Shown here piece after piece: positions 55,248 through 64,000 of a DNA stretch of 64,000 nucleotides. The stretch is taken from NCBI RefSeq assembly GCF_048571185.1, contig NZ_CP182350.1:63480-127479 (forward strand), given 5' to 3'. The notes beneath the pieces were generated by a model, which was not told the DNA's origin, did not search any database, and saw nothing but the letters and a program-made list of their open reading frames with translations. Numbering within the stretch: position 1 is the stretch's first letter; every line of letters begins with the position of its first letter. Source of the DNA: Arcobacter sp. (lineage in GTDB: Bacteria; Campylobacterota; Campylobacteria; Campylobacterales; Arcobacteraceae). Position numbers and translations under genes: made by a program.

Positions 55248-56384
55248 TTATACCCACTCAGAAGCTATATCAATAATTTGATCACAGATATAATTTACCT
55301 CTTCAGTAGTAAGTCCTGGATAAATCGGAATCGATAAAATTTGTTGATATGAAGTTAAAGCTCCACCAAACTCTGTGATTTTTATATTATACTTACTTTT
55401 GTAATAATGTAAAAGATGTAAAGGGATGTAATTTAACCCTGTACTAATACCTCTTTCTTTTAACTCTCTTGCAAAAGCATCTCTATTTCTAGAGATTTTA
55501 ATAATATAGTGTGTAAAAATATGCTCATCTTTTTGTTTAGGAATCTCTATATGTTTTACACCAGTAAGTCTCTCTTTATAAACTTTCGCAATCTCTTTTC
55601 TTCTTTTTATAAAACTATTTGTTTTTTTAAGTTGTGCAAGAGAAAAAGCAGCATCAAGTTCACTTAAGTCATATTTATGCCCAATATCCACTACATCATA
55701 AATATAATCAAGGTTTCCATAATCATCAAATGTAGTTGTAACAGCATGTGTTCTTAAAAGTTTTGCTCTAGAAGCTAATTCTTCATTGTTTGTAACAATA
55801 ACACCACAGTTACTAACATCTGTTTTACCATTTGATGGATTTGTTGAAAATACTGTCATATCAGCATTTAAAGAACCAACTGTTTCATCATTATAGGTAA
55901 CTCCAAGAGCAGAAGTACAATCTTCTATTAGTATAATTTCATACTTTTTACAAATAGCATATAACTTATCTAAATTAGGTGTTTGACCACCAACAAAAGA
56001 AATAATAGCACCTCTAAGTTTTTTAGAGCTATTAGCTTCTAGTGCTTTTTCAAACTTATTTAAATCAATATTCATATCATCAATATTTATATCAATAAAA
56101 ATAGGCTCAGCATCAAAGTGTCTTACTACCTCTGGTACATTTACAAAAGAGTTTACAGACATTAATATTTTGTCACCTCTTTTTAGTTTAATTGCACTAA
56201 GAGCCAGATGTAAGGCTGCTGTTCCATTACAAGTAGATATAGAGTACTTTGCTCCTATAAATTTAGACATATTCTCTTCAAATTCAATAACTTTTGAATT
56301 ATCTTTTTTTAATTCTAAAACTGTTTTTAACTGACTTAATTCTTCTTCACCTACAGAAGATTTATAAAAAGCTATTTCTTTCAT
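55248..56384 (-). CDS. DegT/DnrJ/EryC1/StrS-family sugar aminotransferase
   Basis: Family layout (CNGTAALHLAL, LIEDCTSALG). The start is placed at the internal ATG 56384 (MKEIAFYK...), which abuts the nadE stop. The ORF track extends to 56435. Confidence 0.8.
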   Translation of the reverse strand: MKEIAFYKSSVGEEELSQLKTVLELKKDNSKVIEFEENMSKFIGAKYSISTCNGTAALHLALSAIKLKRGDKILMSVNSFVNVPEVVRHFDAEPIFIDINIDDMNIDLNKFEKALEANSSKKLRGAIISFVGGQTPNLDKLYAICKKYEIILIEDCTSALGVTYNDETVGSLNADMTVFSTNPSNGKTDVSNCGVIVTNNEELASRAKLLRTHAVTTTFDDYGNLDYIYDVVDIGHKYDLSELDAAFSLAQLKKTNSFIKRRKEIAKVYKERLTGVKHIEIPKQKDEHIFTHYIIKISRNRDAFARELKERGISTGLNYIPLHLLHYYKSKYNIKITEFGGALTSYQQILSIPIYPGLTTEEVNYICDQIIDIASEWV

Positions 56385-56385
56385 A

Positions 56386-57144
56386 TTAACTCCATTTGAT
56401 TTTTGCAATTGTTGGAAGTTTACCTTTAAAAGCATTAGCTTTTATTCTATAAACTAACATATCTATAAGTTTTTCATCAACACCATTACTTACTAACTCT
56501 TCTTTTGAAGTTCCCTCATCAACTAACTTTTTAAGTACTTCATCCATCTGTTTATAAGAGTATCCAAGTTCATCTTCATCACTTTGACCTTCCCATAAAT
56601 CAGCACTTGGTCGTTTTCCTAAAATAGATTCAGGAACTCCAAGGAATTTTCCAAATTCAAACTCATCACTTTTGTACATTTCACCTATTGGGTTAATTGC
56701 ACAAGCAACATCACCAAAAATAGTTCCATATCCTAAAAGTATTTCACTTTTATTTGATGTACCTACAACTAAAGAGCTATCTCTTGCACTTATATCATAT
56801 AAAACTGACATTCTCATTCTAGCACTAAAGTTACCAATTCTTAGTTTATCATTATTCATAAATTTTTCATGAGCTTCCACCATAGGAGCGATTTCTACTA
56901 TTTCATAATCAATATCAAACTTTTCACACACTTCTAGGGCATGATTTATGCTTCCTTCACTTGAATAATGTGATGGCATAAGGACACAACTCATGTTCTT
57001 TCCAAATGCTTCCTTACAAAGTATAGCAACGATTGCAGAGTCTAAACCACCTGATAAACCCACAGTTACTCTTTGTAAACCAGCTTTGCTTACTTCAGTT
57101 TTTAAAAATGATATTAGTTGTTCTTTTATATTATTCCATTGCAT
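56386..57144 (-). CDS. nadE: Ammonia-dependent NAD+ synthetase
   Basis: PP-loop GLSGGLDSA and 252 aa size. Confidence 0.85.
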   Translation of the reverse strand: MQWNNIKEQLISFLKTEVSKAGLQRVTVGLSGGLDSAIVAILCKEAFGKNMSCVLMPSHYSSEGSINHALEVCEKFDIDYEIVEIAPMVEAHEKFMNNDKLRIGNFSARMRMSVLYDISARDSSLVVGTSNKSEILLGYGTIFGDVACAINPIGEMYKSDEFEFGKFLGVPESILGKRPSADLWEGQSDEDELGYSYKQMDEVLKKLVDEGTSKEELVSNGVDEKLIDMLVYRIKANAFKGKLPTIAKIKWS

Positions 57145-57164
57145 AATTATTATCCTTTAATAAA

Positions 57165-57380
57165 TTATATCTCATTTATTTTTGTTTTTTCATAAATCTC
57201 TTCAAGAAAATCTTTATTATTCTCTCTTACAAGCTCTTTTTTTCTAAGTAAATTCTCTTTTATATCGTATAACTCTTCTAAATCAAAGTAATCTAAAAAC
57301 TTTGGGTTTATCTCAGTCTTCTCATTTGTAGTTGAAATTAAACTTTTTATTTCATCTATTACATACTCTTTTTCTTCCAT
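57165..57380 (-). CDS. Hypothetical 71-aa acidic protein
   Basis: ORF whose start overlaps the upstream Bfd-like gene stop by 1 nt (57380). No family recognised. Confidence 0.4.
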   Translation of the reverse strand: MEEKEYVIDEIKSLISTTNEKTEINPKFLDYFDLEELYDIKENLLRKKELVRENNKDFLEEIYEKTKINEI

Positions 57381-57613
57381 TATTTCTCTTTCACTAATTT
57401 ATCTAAGATAGTAGTTAAATATAATTGCATTTTTTCTTCACCAAAATCTTTCTCACTACTTACACAGCAGCCACAACATGTGCCTGCATCAGTTTTATCC
57501 CCAATCTCTTCCAAAGTAGATGCACCATTTTCATTTATTGCATGTATTATCTCACCTAAAGTTACTTGTTTACATGCACAAACTTCGTAGGAATGATGAA
57601 ATTTTTTAGCCAT
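57380..57613 (-). CDS. Bfd-like [2Fe-2S]-binding domain protein (copy 2)
   Basis: CACKQVT...AGTCCGCC matches the CxC...CxxC Bfd-type ligand pattern. Confidence 0.7.
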   Translation of the reverse strand: MAKKFHHSYEVCACKQVTLGEIIHAINENGASTLEEIGDKTDAGTCCGCCVSSEKDFGEEKMQLYLTTILDKLVKEK

Positions 57614-57836
57614 TGATTATCTCTCCTAAAACATCTTTACAATAAATATTTTTTTTTACTTTTCCAAAATCACCCTCCACCATCAAGCAATGTCTACATT
57701 CAGTTCCTGCATGGGTTTTATCTTGTAAATCTCTTAAGCTTTTAACACCATGATTTAATACCGCATTTTCTATATCATCAACTGTAACTTTTAAACAATT
57801 ACATACTTCATAGTTTTTATCAAAACTCTCTAGCAA
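57606..57836 (-). CDS. Bfd-like [2Fe-2S]-binding domain protein (copy 1)
   Basis: CNCLKVT...AGTECRHC ligand pattern. Paralogous to the next gene, with an 8-nt overlap. Confidence 0.7.
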   Translation of the reverse strand: MLESFDKNYEVCNCLKVTVDDIENAVLNHGVKSLRDLQDKTHAGTECRHCLMVEGDFGKVKKNIYCKDVLGEIING

Positions 57837-58592
57837 TTATATTTTCCTACTTTTTTTTATCAATTCATATGCTTCATTTATCTCTTGCAGCTTTGTTGTG
57901 GCTTCATCAATTATATTTTGACTAGCACCCTGCCCTGAAATAATATCTGGATGATGTTTTTTAACCAATTTTCTATAGTTATTTTTGATAGTTTTGTCAT
58001 CATCCTCTTTGTTTGATTCTAAAATCTCATATGCCTGTTCAAGCGTTGTTTCATGATTTTGAGCTTGAGAAGCATAAAAGTTTTTAAAAGCGTTAACCAT
58101 TTGATTAAAATCATTAGTTTTTATCTCTAATGCATTTGCTATATCTTCGCAAATCATTTGTTCAGCGTCACTAAAACTTTTATCAATAAATGCTAAGTTT
58201 AAAAGATATTCTAAGATTTTTACTCTTTTTTGGTACTCTCTTTTTGTAAGTTTAAGAAGTTTTTGTGAAAGTTCTAAGGTATTATCAAAACCTTTTTTCT
58301 CTTGTGTATATATGTTTTTTAATTTTTCTCTTATTTCATCACTATTTTCAAAGTGACTTGAAATATCATTAAAAGTATGTTTTAACATCTCTGCTTCTAA
58401 TTCACAAACTGCCCCATCGGCCTTTGCAACTTTTGCCATAAGAGCAACTAAAAGCCCAGCTTCATGATGAAGTAAATCTCCTTGGAAATTCTCTTTTATA
58501 TTAAGTTTAATATTTTCAAACTTTTCTGTTTTATAACCTCTTGCAATAAAATACAAAACAATACCAACAAAAAGCAAAACTAATAATTTCAT
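57837..58592 (-). CDS. djlA: DjlA-like membrane co-chaperone (TM + TerB-like domain + C-terminal J domain)
   Basis: N-terminal TM, a central helical TerB-like region, and a C-terminal J domain with the HPD motif (YRKLVKKHHPDIISGQG). Confidence 0.7.
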   Translation of the reverse strand: MKLLVLLFVGIVLYFIARGYKTEKFENIKLNIKENFQGDLLHHEAGLLVALMAKVAKADGAVCELEAEMLKHTFNDISSHFENSDEIREKLKNIYTQEKKGFDNTLELSQKLLKLTKREYQKRVKILEYLLNLAFIDKSFSDAEQMICEDIANALEIKTNDFNQMVNAFKNFYASQAQNHETTLEQAYEILESNKEDDDKTIKNNYRKLVKKHHPDIISGQGASQNIIDEATTKLQEINEAYELIKKSRKI

Positions 58593-58674
58593 TTAACACC
58601 TTTTTAAATAATTAGATAGATTTTATCAAAAATAAGGTAAAATCTTTCCTTTAATAAACAAATGGAGACATTAT

Positions 58675-59115
58675 ATGTTTGGAATGGGATTTATGGAAAT
58701 CATGCTTATTGCGATAATCGCAATTATTGCGCTAGGACCTGAAAAGTTACCTGATGCAATGGTATCAGTTGCACGATTTTTTAAAAAATTTAAAAGTGGT
58801 CTTGAAGATGCAAAATCTACTCTAGACAATGAACTAAATATCTCTGATATGAAAGCAGAAGCAAATAAATTTAAAAATCAAATAGAAGATGCTAAGTCAT
58901 CAGTTACTGGATTTGATGAGTTTAATTTAGGTGTTAATGATATTTTAAACGATGACAAAAAAGATGATAAGAAGAAAGCAGAAAAAGTGTCATTTAAAAC
59001 AAAAGATGAAGAAAAAGTTGAAGAAGTTAAAGAAATAATAACCCCTACAAGTCCAGGCGCAAGTGCAAGTGATAAGTTTAAAGTTAAAAAAGAGAATAAA
59101 GAGGATAATGCCTAA
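58675..59115 (+). CDS. tatB: Sec-independent translocase TatB
   Basis: MFGMGFMEIMLIAIIAIIALGPEKLP N-terminus and a long charged tail (146 aa). Directly precedes tatC. Confidence 0.75.
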   Translation: MFGMGFMEIMLIAIIAIIALGPEKLPDAMVSVARFFKKFKSGLEDAKSTLDNELNISDMKAEANKFKNQIEDAKSSVTGFDEFNLGVNDILNDDKKDDKKKAEKVSFKTKDEEKVEEVKEIITPTSPGASASDKFKVKKENKEDNA

Positions 59116-59846
59116 TGTTAGAAGATTTAAAACCTCATATTGCTGACCTTAGAAAAAGGCTTATGGTTTCAATTGCTGCTTTAGTAGTAGCATTTTTTGC
59201 TTGTTTTTTCTTTTATGAACCTATTTTAGAATGGATGATGTTACCAGCAAAAGCTATTCTTCCTGCTGGTTCATCAATGGTTGCAATTGAAATTCAAGAG
59301 ACATTTTTCACAGCTTTAAAAGTTGCATTTTTTTCTGGATTTATTGTTTCCTTACCTGTTATATTTTGGCAGTTATGGTTATTCTTAGCTCCTGGACTAT
59401 ATGAACATGAGAAAAAACTTGTTTTCCCATTTGTATTTTTTGCTACATTAATGTTTCTAATTGGTTCAAGCTTTGCTTACTATGTAGTTGTTCCTTATGG
59501 ATTTGATTTTTTAATTAATTTTGGTTCAACTGTAGTTACAGTATTTCCAAGTATTGGTAAATATGTTGGATTTTTTACAAAACTATTATTTGGTTTTGGT
59601 GTGGCATTTGAGTTACCTGTTATTACATTTTTCCTAGCAAAAATCGGATTAGTTGATGACAAAATGTTAAAAGACTTTTTTAAATATGCAATTATATTAA
59701 TTTTTATACTTGCATCACTTTTAACGCCACCTGATGTTTTAACACAATTTTTAATGGCTGGTCCACTTATATTTCTTTATATTGTTTCTATTTATATTGC
59801 AAAAGTATTTAACCCTGCGGATACATCATTAGATGATGAAGAATAA
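59115..59846 (+). CDS. tatC: Sec-independent translocase TatC
   Basis: Six TM helices with LRKRLM, FLAPGLYEHEKK and LTPPDVLTQ motifs. Confidence 0.9.
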   Translation: MLEDLKPHIADLRKRLMVSIAALVVAFFACFFFYEPILEWMMLPAKAILPAGSSMVAIEIQETFFTALKVAFFSGFIVSLPVIFWQLWLFLAPGLYEHEKKLVFPFVFFATLMFLIGSSFAYYVVVPYGFDFLINFGSTVVTVFPSIGKYVGFFTKLLFGFGVAFELPVITFFLAKIGLVDDKMLKDFFKYAIILIFILASLLTPPDVLTQFLMAGPLIFLYIVSIYIAKVFNPADTSLDDEE

Positions 59847-60867
59847 TTTGGACCCTCTCAAAACATCTAGCTATGACTACTTCTTACCTAAAGAACTCAT
59901 AGCTAGTAAGCCTTTATATCCAGCTGATAGTGCCCGTCTTTTAGTCTATGACAGAAATAGCGATACCATAACTCATACTACATATAAACATCTTCTTGAC
60001 TTTTTGCCACAAGATTTGAATATTTTTTTAAATGATACAAAAGTAATAAAAGCAAGAATTTATGGACAAAAAGAGAGTGGTGGAAAAACAGAACTTCTAT
60101 TTAATAAGCCACTTTTCATGAACAGATATCAAGTCATGATAAAAGGAAAAGTTCAAAAGGGAAGTAAACTCTTTTTTGATGATAATTTAATAGCAGAAGT
60201 TCTTGAATTAAACGAAGATGGTACAAGAGTTGTAAAGTTCTTTCAAAATGAAAAACAACTTGATTTTGAAACACTAATTAAAATACTAAATAAAATCGGT
60301 CATTTGCCACTTCCTCACTATATGAATAGAGAGGATGAAAAAGAGGATGAAAAAGATTATCAAACTCTGTTTGCTAAAAACTATGGGGCAGTTGCAGCAC
60401 CAACAGCTTCCTTGCACTTTACAGATGAAATTTTAGAAAAGCTTGATAACAATTACAATATTAATTACCTAACACTTCATGTGGGAGCTGGTACTTTTAA
60501 ACCAGTAGATGCAGAAGATATTTTAGAACATCCAATGCATAGTGAATACTTTGAAATTTCAAGAAAAAGCTTAGAGAATCTAAAACAAGATAAAAAAATA
60601 CTAGCAGTGGGAACAACAGTTACTAGAACTATAGAGTACTTTGCTAGAACAAATAAGATTCAAGGTGAATGTGATTTGTTTTTAAATCCAGCAAATAAGC
60701 CAATAAAAGTAGACCATCTACTTACAAACTTTCACTTGCCAAAATCAACTCTTATTATGCTTATAGCCTCTTTTGTAGGTTTAGAGAAAACTTTAGAGAT
60801 ATATGAAACTGCTGTAAAAGAAGAATATAGATTTTTCTCTTATGGTGATGGAATGTTAATAATATAA
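59833..60867 (+). CDS. queA: S-adenosylmethionine:tRNA ribosyltransferase-isomerase
   Basis: YDYFLPKELIASKP, LPLPHYM, GAVAAPTASLHFT, VGTTVTRT, FFSYGDGMLI. Confidence 0.9.
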   Translation: MMKNNLDPLKTSSYDYFLPKELIASKPLYPADSARLLVYDRNSDTITHTTYKHLLDFLPQDLNIFLNDTKVIKARIYGQKESGGKTELLFNKPLFMNRYQVMIKGKVQKGSKLFFDDNLIAEVLELNEDGTRVVKFFQNEKQLDFETLIKILNKIGHLPLPHYMNREDEKEDEKDYQTLFAKNYGAVAAPTASLHFTDEILEKLDNNYNINYLTLHVGAGTFKPVDAEDILEHPMHSEYFEISRKSLENLKQDKKILAVGTTVTRTIEYFARTNKIQGECDLFLNPANKPIKVDHLLTNFHLPKSTLIMLIASFVGLEKTLEIYETAVKEEYRFFSYGDGMLII

Positions 60868-60883
60868 TTAAAAAGGAAACCTT

Positions 60884-61639
60884 ATGCCAAAATACGTACT
60901 ATTTGATACAGAAACAACAGGAAATCAAGAAGAAGATAGAATCATACAAGTAGGAGCTATGATTGTAGATGCAAAAGCTCCAATTGAAGTTTATGATGAG
61001 TTGTGTTTTTCTGATGTAGAGATAAAACTTGAAGCAATGGAAGTACATAATATAACACCTGATATGATTATAGGAAAACCAGAAGCAACACAAACAAAGT
61101 TTTACCAAAAGCTACAAGAATATAATAATCCATCAAACTATTTAATAGCGCATAATATAAACTTTGATTTAGGTATGATAAAAAAAGAGGGTTTTGAATC
61201 ACAATATCAATTATTGGATACTTTAAGATGTTCACAACACTTATTTCCAGAACTTCCATATCACAGACTTCAATACCTAAGATATGCACTTGATATCTAT
61301 ATGGATGAAGAGGAAGAAGCAGCAAAACACAATATAACAATCAAGGCTCATGATGCTATTGGAGATGTTTTGGTAATGAAACTATTTTTATCACAACTTG
61401 TAGCAAAATGTAGAACTGTTTATCCTGATTTCAATCCTATGGAAAAGTTAGTTGAGCTTACTAAAACACCTGTATTTATACAAACATTTAAATTTGGAAA
61501 ATATAAAGGTAGAGAAACAGCAGATGTAGTAAAAGAAGATCCTAGTTATATCATGTGGATGATGAAAAACATGGATATGGATGAGAATCTAAGATATACT
61601 TTAGAAAAGCTAACATCATCTACAGTAAATGATTACTAA
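60884..61639 (+). CDS. DEDDh 3'-5' exonuclease with C-terminal FGKYKG domain (ExoX-like)
   Basis: Exo motifs LFDTETTG, HNINFDLGM, HDAIGDV. The C-terminal FKFGKYKGRETADVVKEDPSYIMWM resembles the small domain found at the end of ExoX-type proteins. Confidence 0.75.
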   Translation: MPKYVLFDTETTGNQEEDRIIQVGAMIVDAKAPIEVYDELCFSDVEIKLEAMEVHNITPDMIIGKPEATQTKFYQKLQEYNNPSNYLIAHNINFDLGMIKKEGFESQYQLLDTLRCSQHLFPELPYHRLQYLRYALDIYMDEEEEAAKHNITIKAHDAIGDVLVMKLFLSQLVAKCRTVYPDFNPMEKLVELTKTPVFIQTFKFGKYKGRETADVVKEDPSYIMWMMKNMDMDENLRYTLEKLTSSTVNDY

Positions 61640-62303
61640 CAGTAATATCAAAATTCTTTATGTAGAAGATGATGAAATAACAAGAGAAAATGGAATTGAG
61701 TATCTAGAAAATTATTTTGAACATATCTATGAATCAAAAGATGGTCTAGATGCTCTAAAAAAGTTTGAGCAGATTAATCCTGATATTATTATAACAGATA
61801 TACAAATGCCAAAAATAGATGGATTGGAGTTTATAAAAAGAGTTCGCCAAAAAAACAAAGAGGTGCAAATAATTGTTTTAACAGCATATTCCCATAAAGA
61901 GTATCTATTAAAAGCCATCGAACTTCAACTAATCAAATATCTAATGAAACCAATTAAAGAGTATGAACTTAATTCTGCTCTTGAACTTTGTGTAAATAAT
62001 CTAAAAAATAGTAAAACAAACATAATAAAGCTAAATGAAAACTCTATTTTTGATAAATATAATCATACTCTTTTTATAAATGATGAACTTATAAAATTAA
62101 GAGCAAAAGAGACTGACTTATTAACACTTCTTTTAAACAACAAAGATAGATTTGTAAGCTATGAAGAGATAGAAAACTATGTTTGGAAAGATTTTCCCAT
62201 GACAAAAGATGCATTAAAAACTTTAGTTAAATACCTCAAACAAAAGATTTCAAAAGATATAATCTCAAATCAAAATGGTGTTGGATATAAAATAAATGTA
62301 TGA
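61629..62303 (+). CDS. OmpR-type response regulator
   Basis: Receiver ILYVEDDE...DIIITDIQMPKIDGLE, winged-helix C-terminus NGVGYKINV. Overlaps the exonuclease gene by 11 nt. Confidence 0.85.
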   Translation: MITNSNIKILYVEDDEITRENGIEYLENYFEHIYESKDGLDALKKFEQINPDIIITDIQMPKIDGLEFIKRVRQKNKEVQIIVLTAYSHKEYLLKAIELQLIKYLMKPIKEYELNSALELCVNNLKNSKTNIIKLNENSIFDKYNHTLFINDELIKLRAKETDLLTLLLNNKDRFVSYEEIENYVWKDFPMTKDALKTLVKYLKQKISKDIISNQNGVGYKINV

Positions 62304-63612
62304 TTTAACTGCTGCTTTATCATATGGAATAACATTTGGAATTCTAATTATGACAGTAGTATATACTTTTATACGATATATTTATTCAAAAGAGCTTTTT
62401 TACCTAAGCTATTTTTTCATGCAATTTTTTTCACTAATATATATAGTTTTATATAGTGAACTTTTTTGCAAGATAGTTTTTCTTCAAGACTTATCACTCT
62501 TTATTGCCACAATATTTGCAATTGTTTTTGCTATAAGATTTTATGAGGGAAGATTTCTTCCTGAGATTACAAATAATAAAGAACTAATAATAAATACATT
62601 ACTTCTTATTTTTATAATACTAACTGCATTTTATCACTATATTTTATTTGAATATCTACCTTATACTATCATATATGCAATACTTTTTATATCAATAATA
62701 TTTAATTTGAAGCAAGGATTCAAGGCTACATCTGTATATGTTATTGGTTGGTCTTTGATTTGTCTTATTTTATATATTCTAGAGTTTAAAACTTATTTTA
62801 AAACCCATACAAATTTAGACTTAGTTTTAATTGCTTTTGCAATAGAGGCGATTTTATTTACTATTTCTGTTGCATATAAATATAATCTTTTAAAAAAAGA
62901 GAATGTAGAGATAAAGTCAATGCTTCTACAGCAATCAAAACTTGCCCAAAGTGGAGAGATGATTGCAAATATAACTCACCAATTTAGACAACCATTAAAT
63001 AATCTATCTTATATATTAATCAATATAAAAAAGAAATATGAAAACAATCTTTTAGAAAAAGCCTATTTTGATAAAAAGAGTTCACAAGCAAATGAGCAAA
63101 TAGAATTTTTATCTAATACAATTGAAAACTTTAAGAATTTTTATACAAATAATAAAGATAAAGAAGATTTTGAAATAAAAGAGGTAATTGATAACGCACT
63201 TACAATCTTAAATGCTGATATAAAAAAAAGAGAAGTAGACTTACAGTTAACTTTTAAAACAAATGAGCATATTAGAGTTCATGGCATAAAAAATGAATTA
63301 GCCCAAGTTTTAGTGGCAATTATTTCAAATGCACTTGATGCCATAAAAAATATTGAAAACCCAAAAGTAAGTATTGAAATAACTTCCAATAATGCAGATA
63401 TGGTTTTATCAATAAAAGATAATGCAAATGGAATAAAAAATAAAATCATAAATAAAATCTTTGAACCATATTTTTCAACAAAAGCCGAGGGTACAGGACT
63501 TGGACTATATTTATCTAAGATGATTATAGAAAAAAGCTTCCAAGGCAAACTTGATGTAGAAAGTAGCCAAGAAGGAACTATTTTTTACATCAAGATTGAA
63601 AAAACTATTTAA
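62296..63612 (+). CDS. Sensor histidine kinase with 7-TM (7TMR-DISM-like) membrane module
   Basis: Seven hydrophobic helices in the first 200 aa, H-box ITHQFRQPL, N-box IISNALDA, G-box GTGLGLYLS. Confidence 0.8.
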   Translation: MYDLTAALSYGITFGILIMTVVYTFIRYIYSKELFYLSYFFMQFFSLIYIVLYSELFCKIVFLQDLSLFIATIFAIVFAIRFYEGRFLPEITNNKELIINTLLLIFIILTAFYHYILFEYLPYTIIYAILFISIIFNLKQGFKATSVYVIGWSLICLILYILEFKTYFKTHTNLDLVLIAFAIEAILFTISVAYKYNLLKKENVEIKSMLLQQSKLAQSGEMIANITHQFRQPLNNLSYILINIKKKYENNLLEKAYFDKKSSQANEQIEFLSNTIENFKNFYTNNKDKEDFEIKEVIDNALTILNADIKKREVDLQLTFKTNEHIRVHGIKNELAQVLVAIISNALDAIKNIENPKVSIEITSNNADMVLSIKDNANGIKNKIINKIFEPYFSTKAEGTGLGLYLSKMIIEKSFQGKLDVESSQEGTIFYIKIEKTI

Positions 63613-63613
63613 T

Positions 63614-64000
63614 CTATTTTTTGGGAGAAAAGAATCCTATCTCTCTTTTTACTTTTATATTCTTATTCTCTTTAGCATAAAATAAAAGAGTAACTTTTGG
63701 ATTTACTAATTTGTTTTTTGTTGCCAAAATCATTACTGTTTTTCTTTTTGCTTTTGGATTTAAACTAAATGCTTTAAATCTTTTTATAGTTATATCTTTA
63801 TTTAAAACTTCCATATCAAAAGTATATTTTTTATCAGCACTATTATGAATAGTCAATAAATAGTTATTTACAACCCTTCCCTCTTCATCTATTTTATATA
63901 GTTCTGTATTTTTATTTATATTTACTAAAAAAGGCTCTTTTTCACTCATAAAATATGCAGTAAAGAGTATACAGATAACTAAAGAAGCCATGTACACTAT
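63614..64000 (-). CDS. ccoG: CcoG/FixG-family protein, C-terminal part (gene continues past the right edge)
   Basis: A TM helix followed by the Ig-like FixG C-terminal pattern (VVNNYLLTIHNSADKKYTFDMEVLNKDITI). The frame stays open to the window end. Confidence 0.6.
   Translation of the reverse strand: MVYMASLVICILFTAYFMSEKEPFLVNINKNTELYKIDEEGRVVNNYLLTIHNSADKKYTFDMEVLNKDITIKRFKAFSLNPKAKRKTVMILATKNKLVNPKVTLLFYAKENKNIKVKREIGFFSPKK

Noticed and set aside
1-64000. CRISPR arrays, tRNA/rRNA genes, intact IS elements or prophage genes.
   Set aside because: I found no regularly spaced 25-40-bp direct repeats, no GC-rich structured RNA-like stretch, and no transposase, integrase or phage structural ORFs. 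The only mobile-element trace is the short recombinase-like fragment near 13.7 kb.

Overview
This is 64 kb of very AT-rich, tightly packed chromosomal DNA with about 80 protein genes. I saw no rRNA, tRNA, CRISPR array or intact transposase or integrase. The gene content suggests an Arcobacter-like member of the Campylobacterota: a periplasmic Sox system including soxCD, a UPF0323 lipoprotein paired with a glutathionylspermidine-synthase-like gene, sensor kinases with HQ[WF]RQPL H-boxes, and a Cache/CZB chemoreceptor. That taxonomic guess is inference only.

Blocks from left to right:
1. 1-7.7 kb: a minus-strand sox string (soxC-D-X-Y-Z-A), then an orphan lipoprotein, a periplasmic rhodanese and the start of soxB, with moeA divergent.
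2. 7.7-13.3 kb: two orphans, a Cys-rich COG0701 permease, rmuC, an M48 protease, a secreted PLD-family nuclease and a YbgC-type thioesterase.
3. 13.3-16 kb: a 0.5 kb non-coding stretch that looks like a decayed mobile-element scar, a long-form selO and two 67-codon orphans.
4. 16-21 kb: a chemoreceptor, an aldo-keto reductase and a TDT-family transporter.
5. 21-35 kb: a cobalamin late-pathway/salvage island. It holds cobS, cobQ, cobU, marC, an archaeal-type cobT, an APH-fold kinase, bluB, cobD, cbiB, a btuCDF-like importer, btuB with a riboswitch-like leader, and a Cys-rich small-domain protein. An AbiE-like HTH plus nucleotidyltransferase pair is inserted between cobU and cobQ.
6. 36.5-43.1 kb: a co-directional unit of response regulator, histidine kinase, TonB-dependent receptor, membrane polyferredoxin and exbB-exbD-tonB.
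7. 43-64 kb: housekeeping genes (Na/Pi transporter, trmL, purU, malic enzyme, pgeF, aroE, lpxK, a DegT aminotransferase, nadE, tandem Bfd-like ferredoxins, a djlA-like gene, tatBC, queA, a DEDDh exonuclease, a second two-component system and the 3' end of ccoG).

The best candidates for something not yet described are:
- the non-canonical AbiE-like module with its own operator repeats inside the cob operon;
- the TonB-dependent uptake unit with a built-in Fe-S membrane oxidoreductase;
- the unassigned accessory genes of the cobalamin island (APH-fold kinase, MarC, Cys-rich protein);
- the UPF0323/ATP-grasp pair.

All product calls rest on motifs I recognised by eye in the supplied translations. 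No database search was run. Motif coordinates that I indexed by hand may be off by 1-2 nt.
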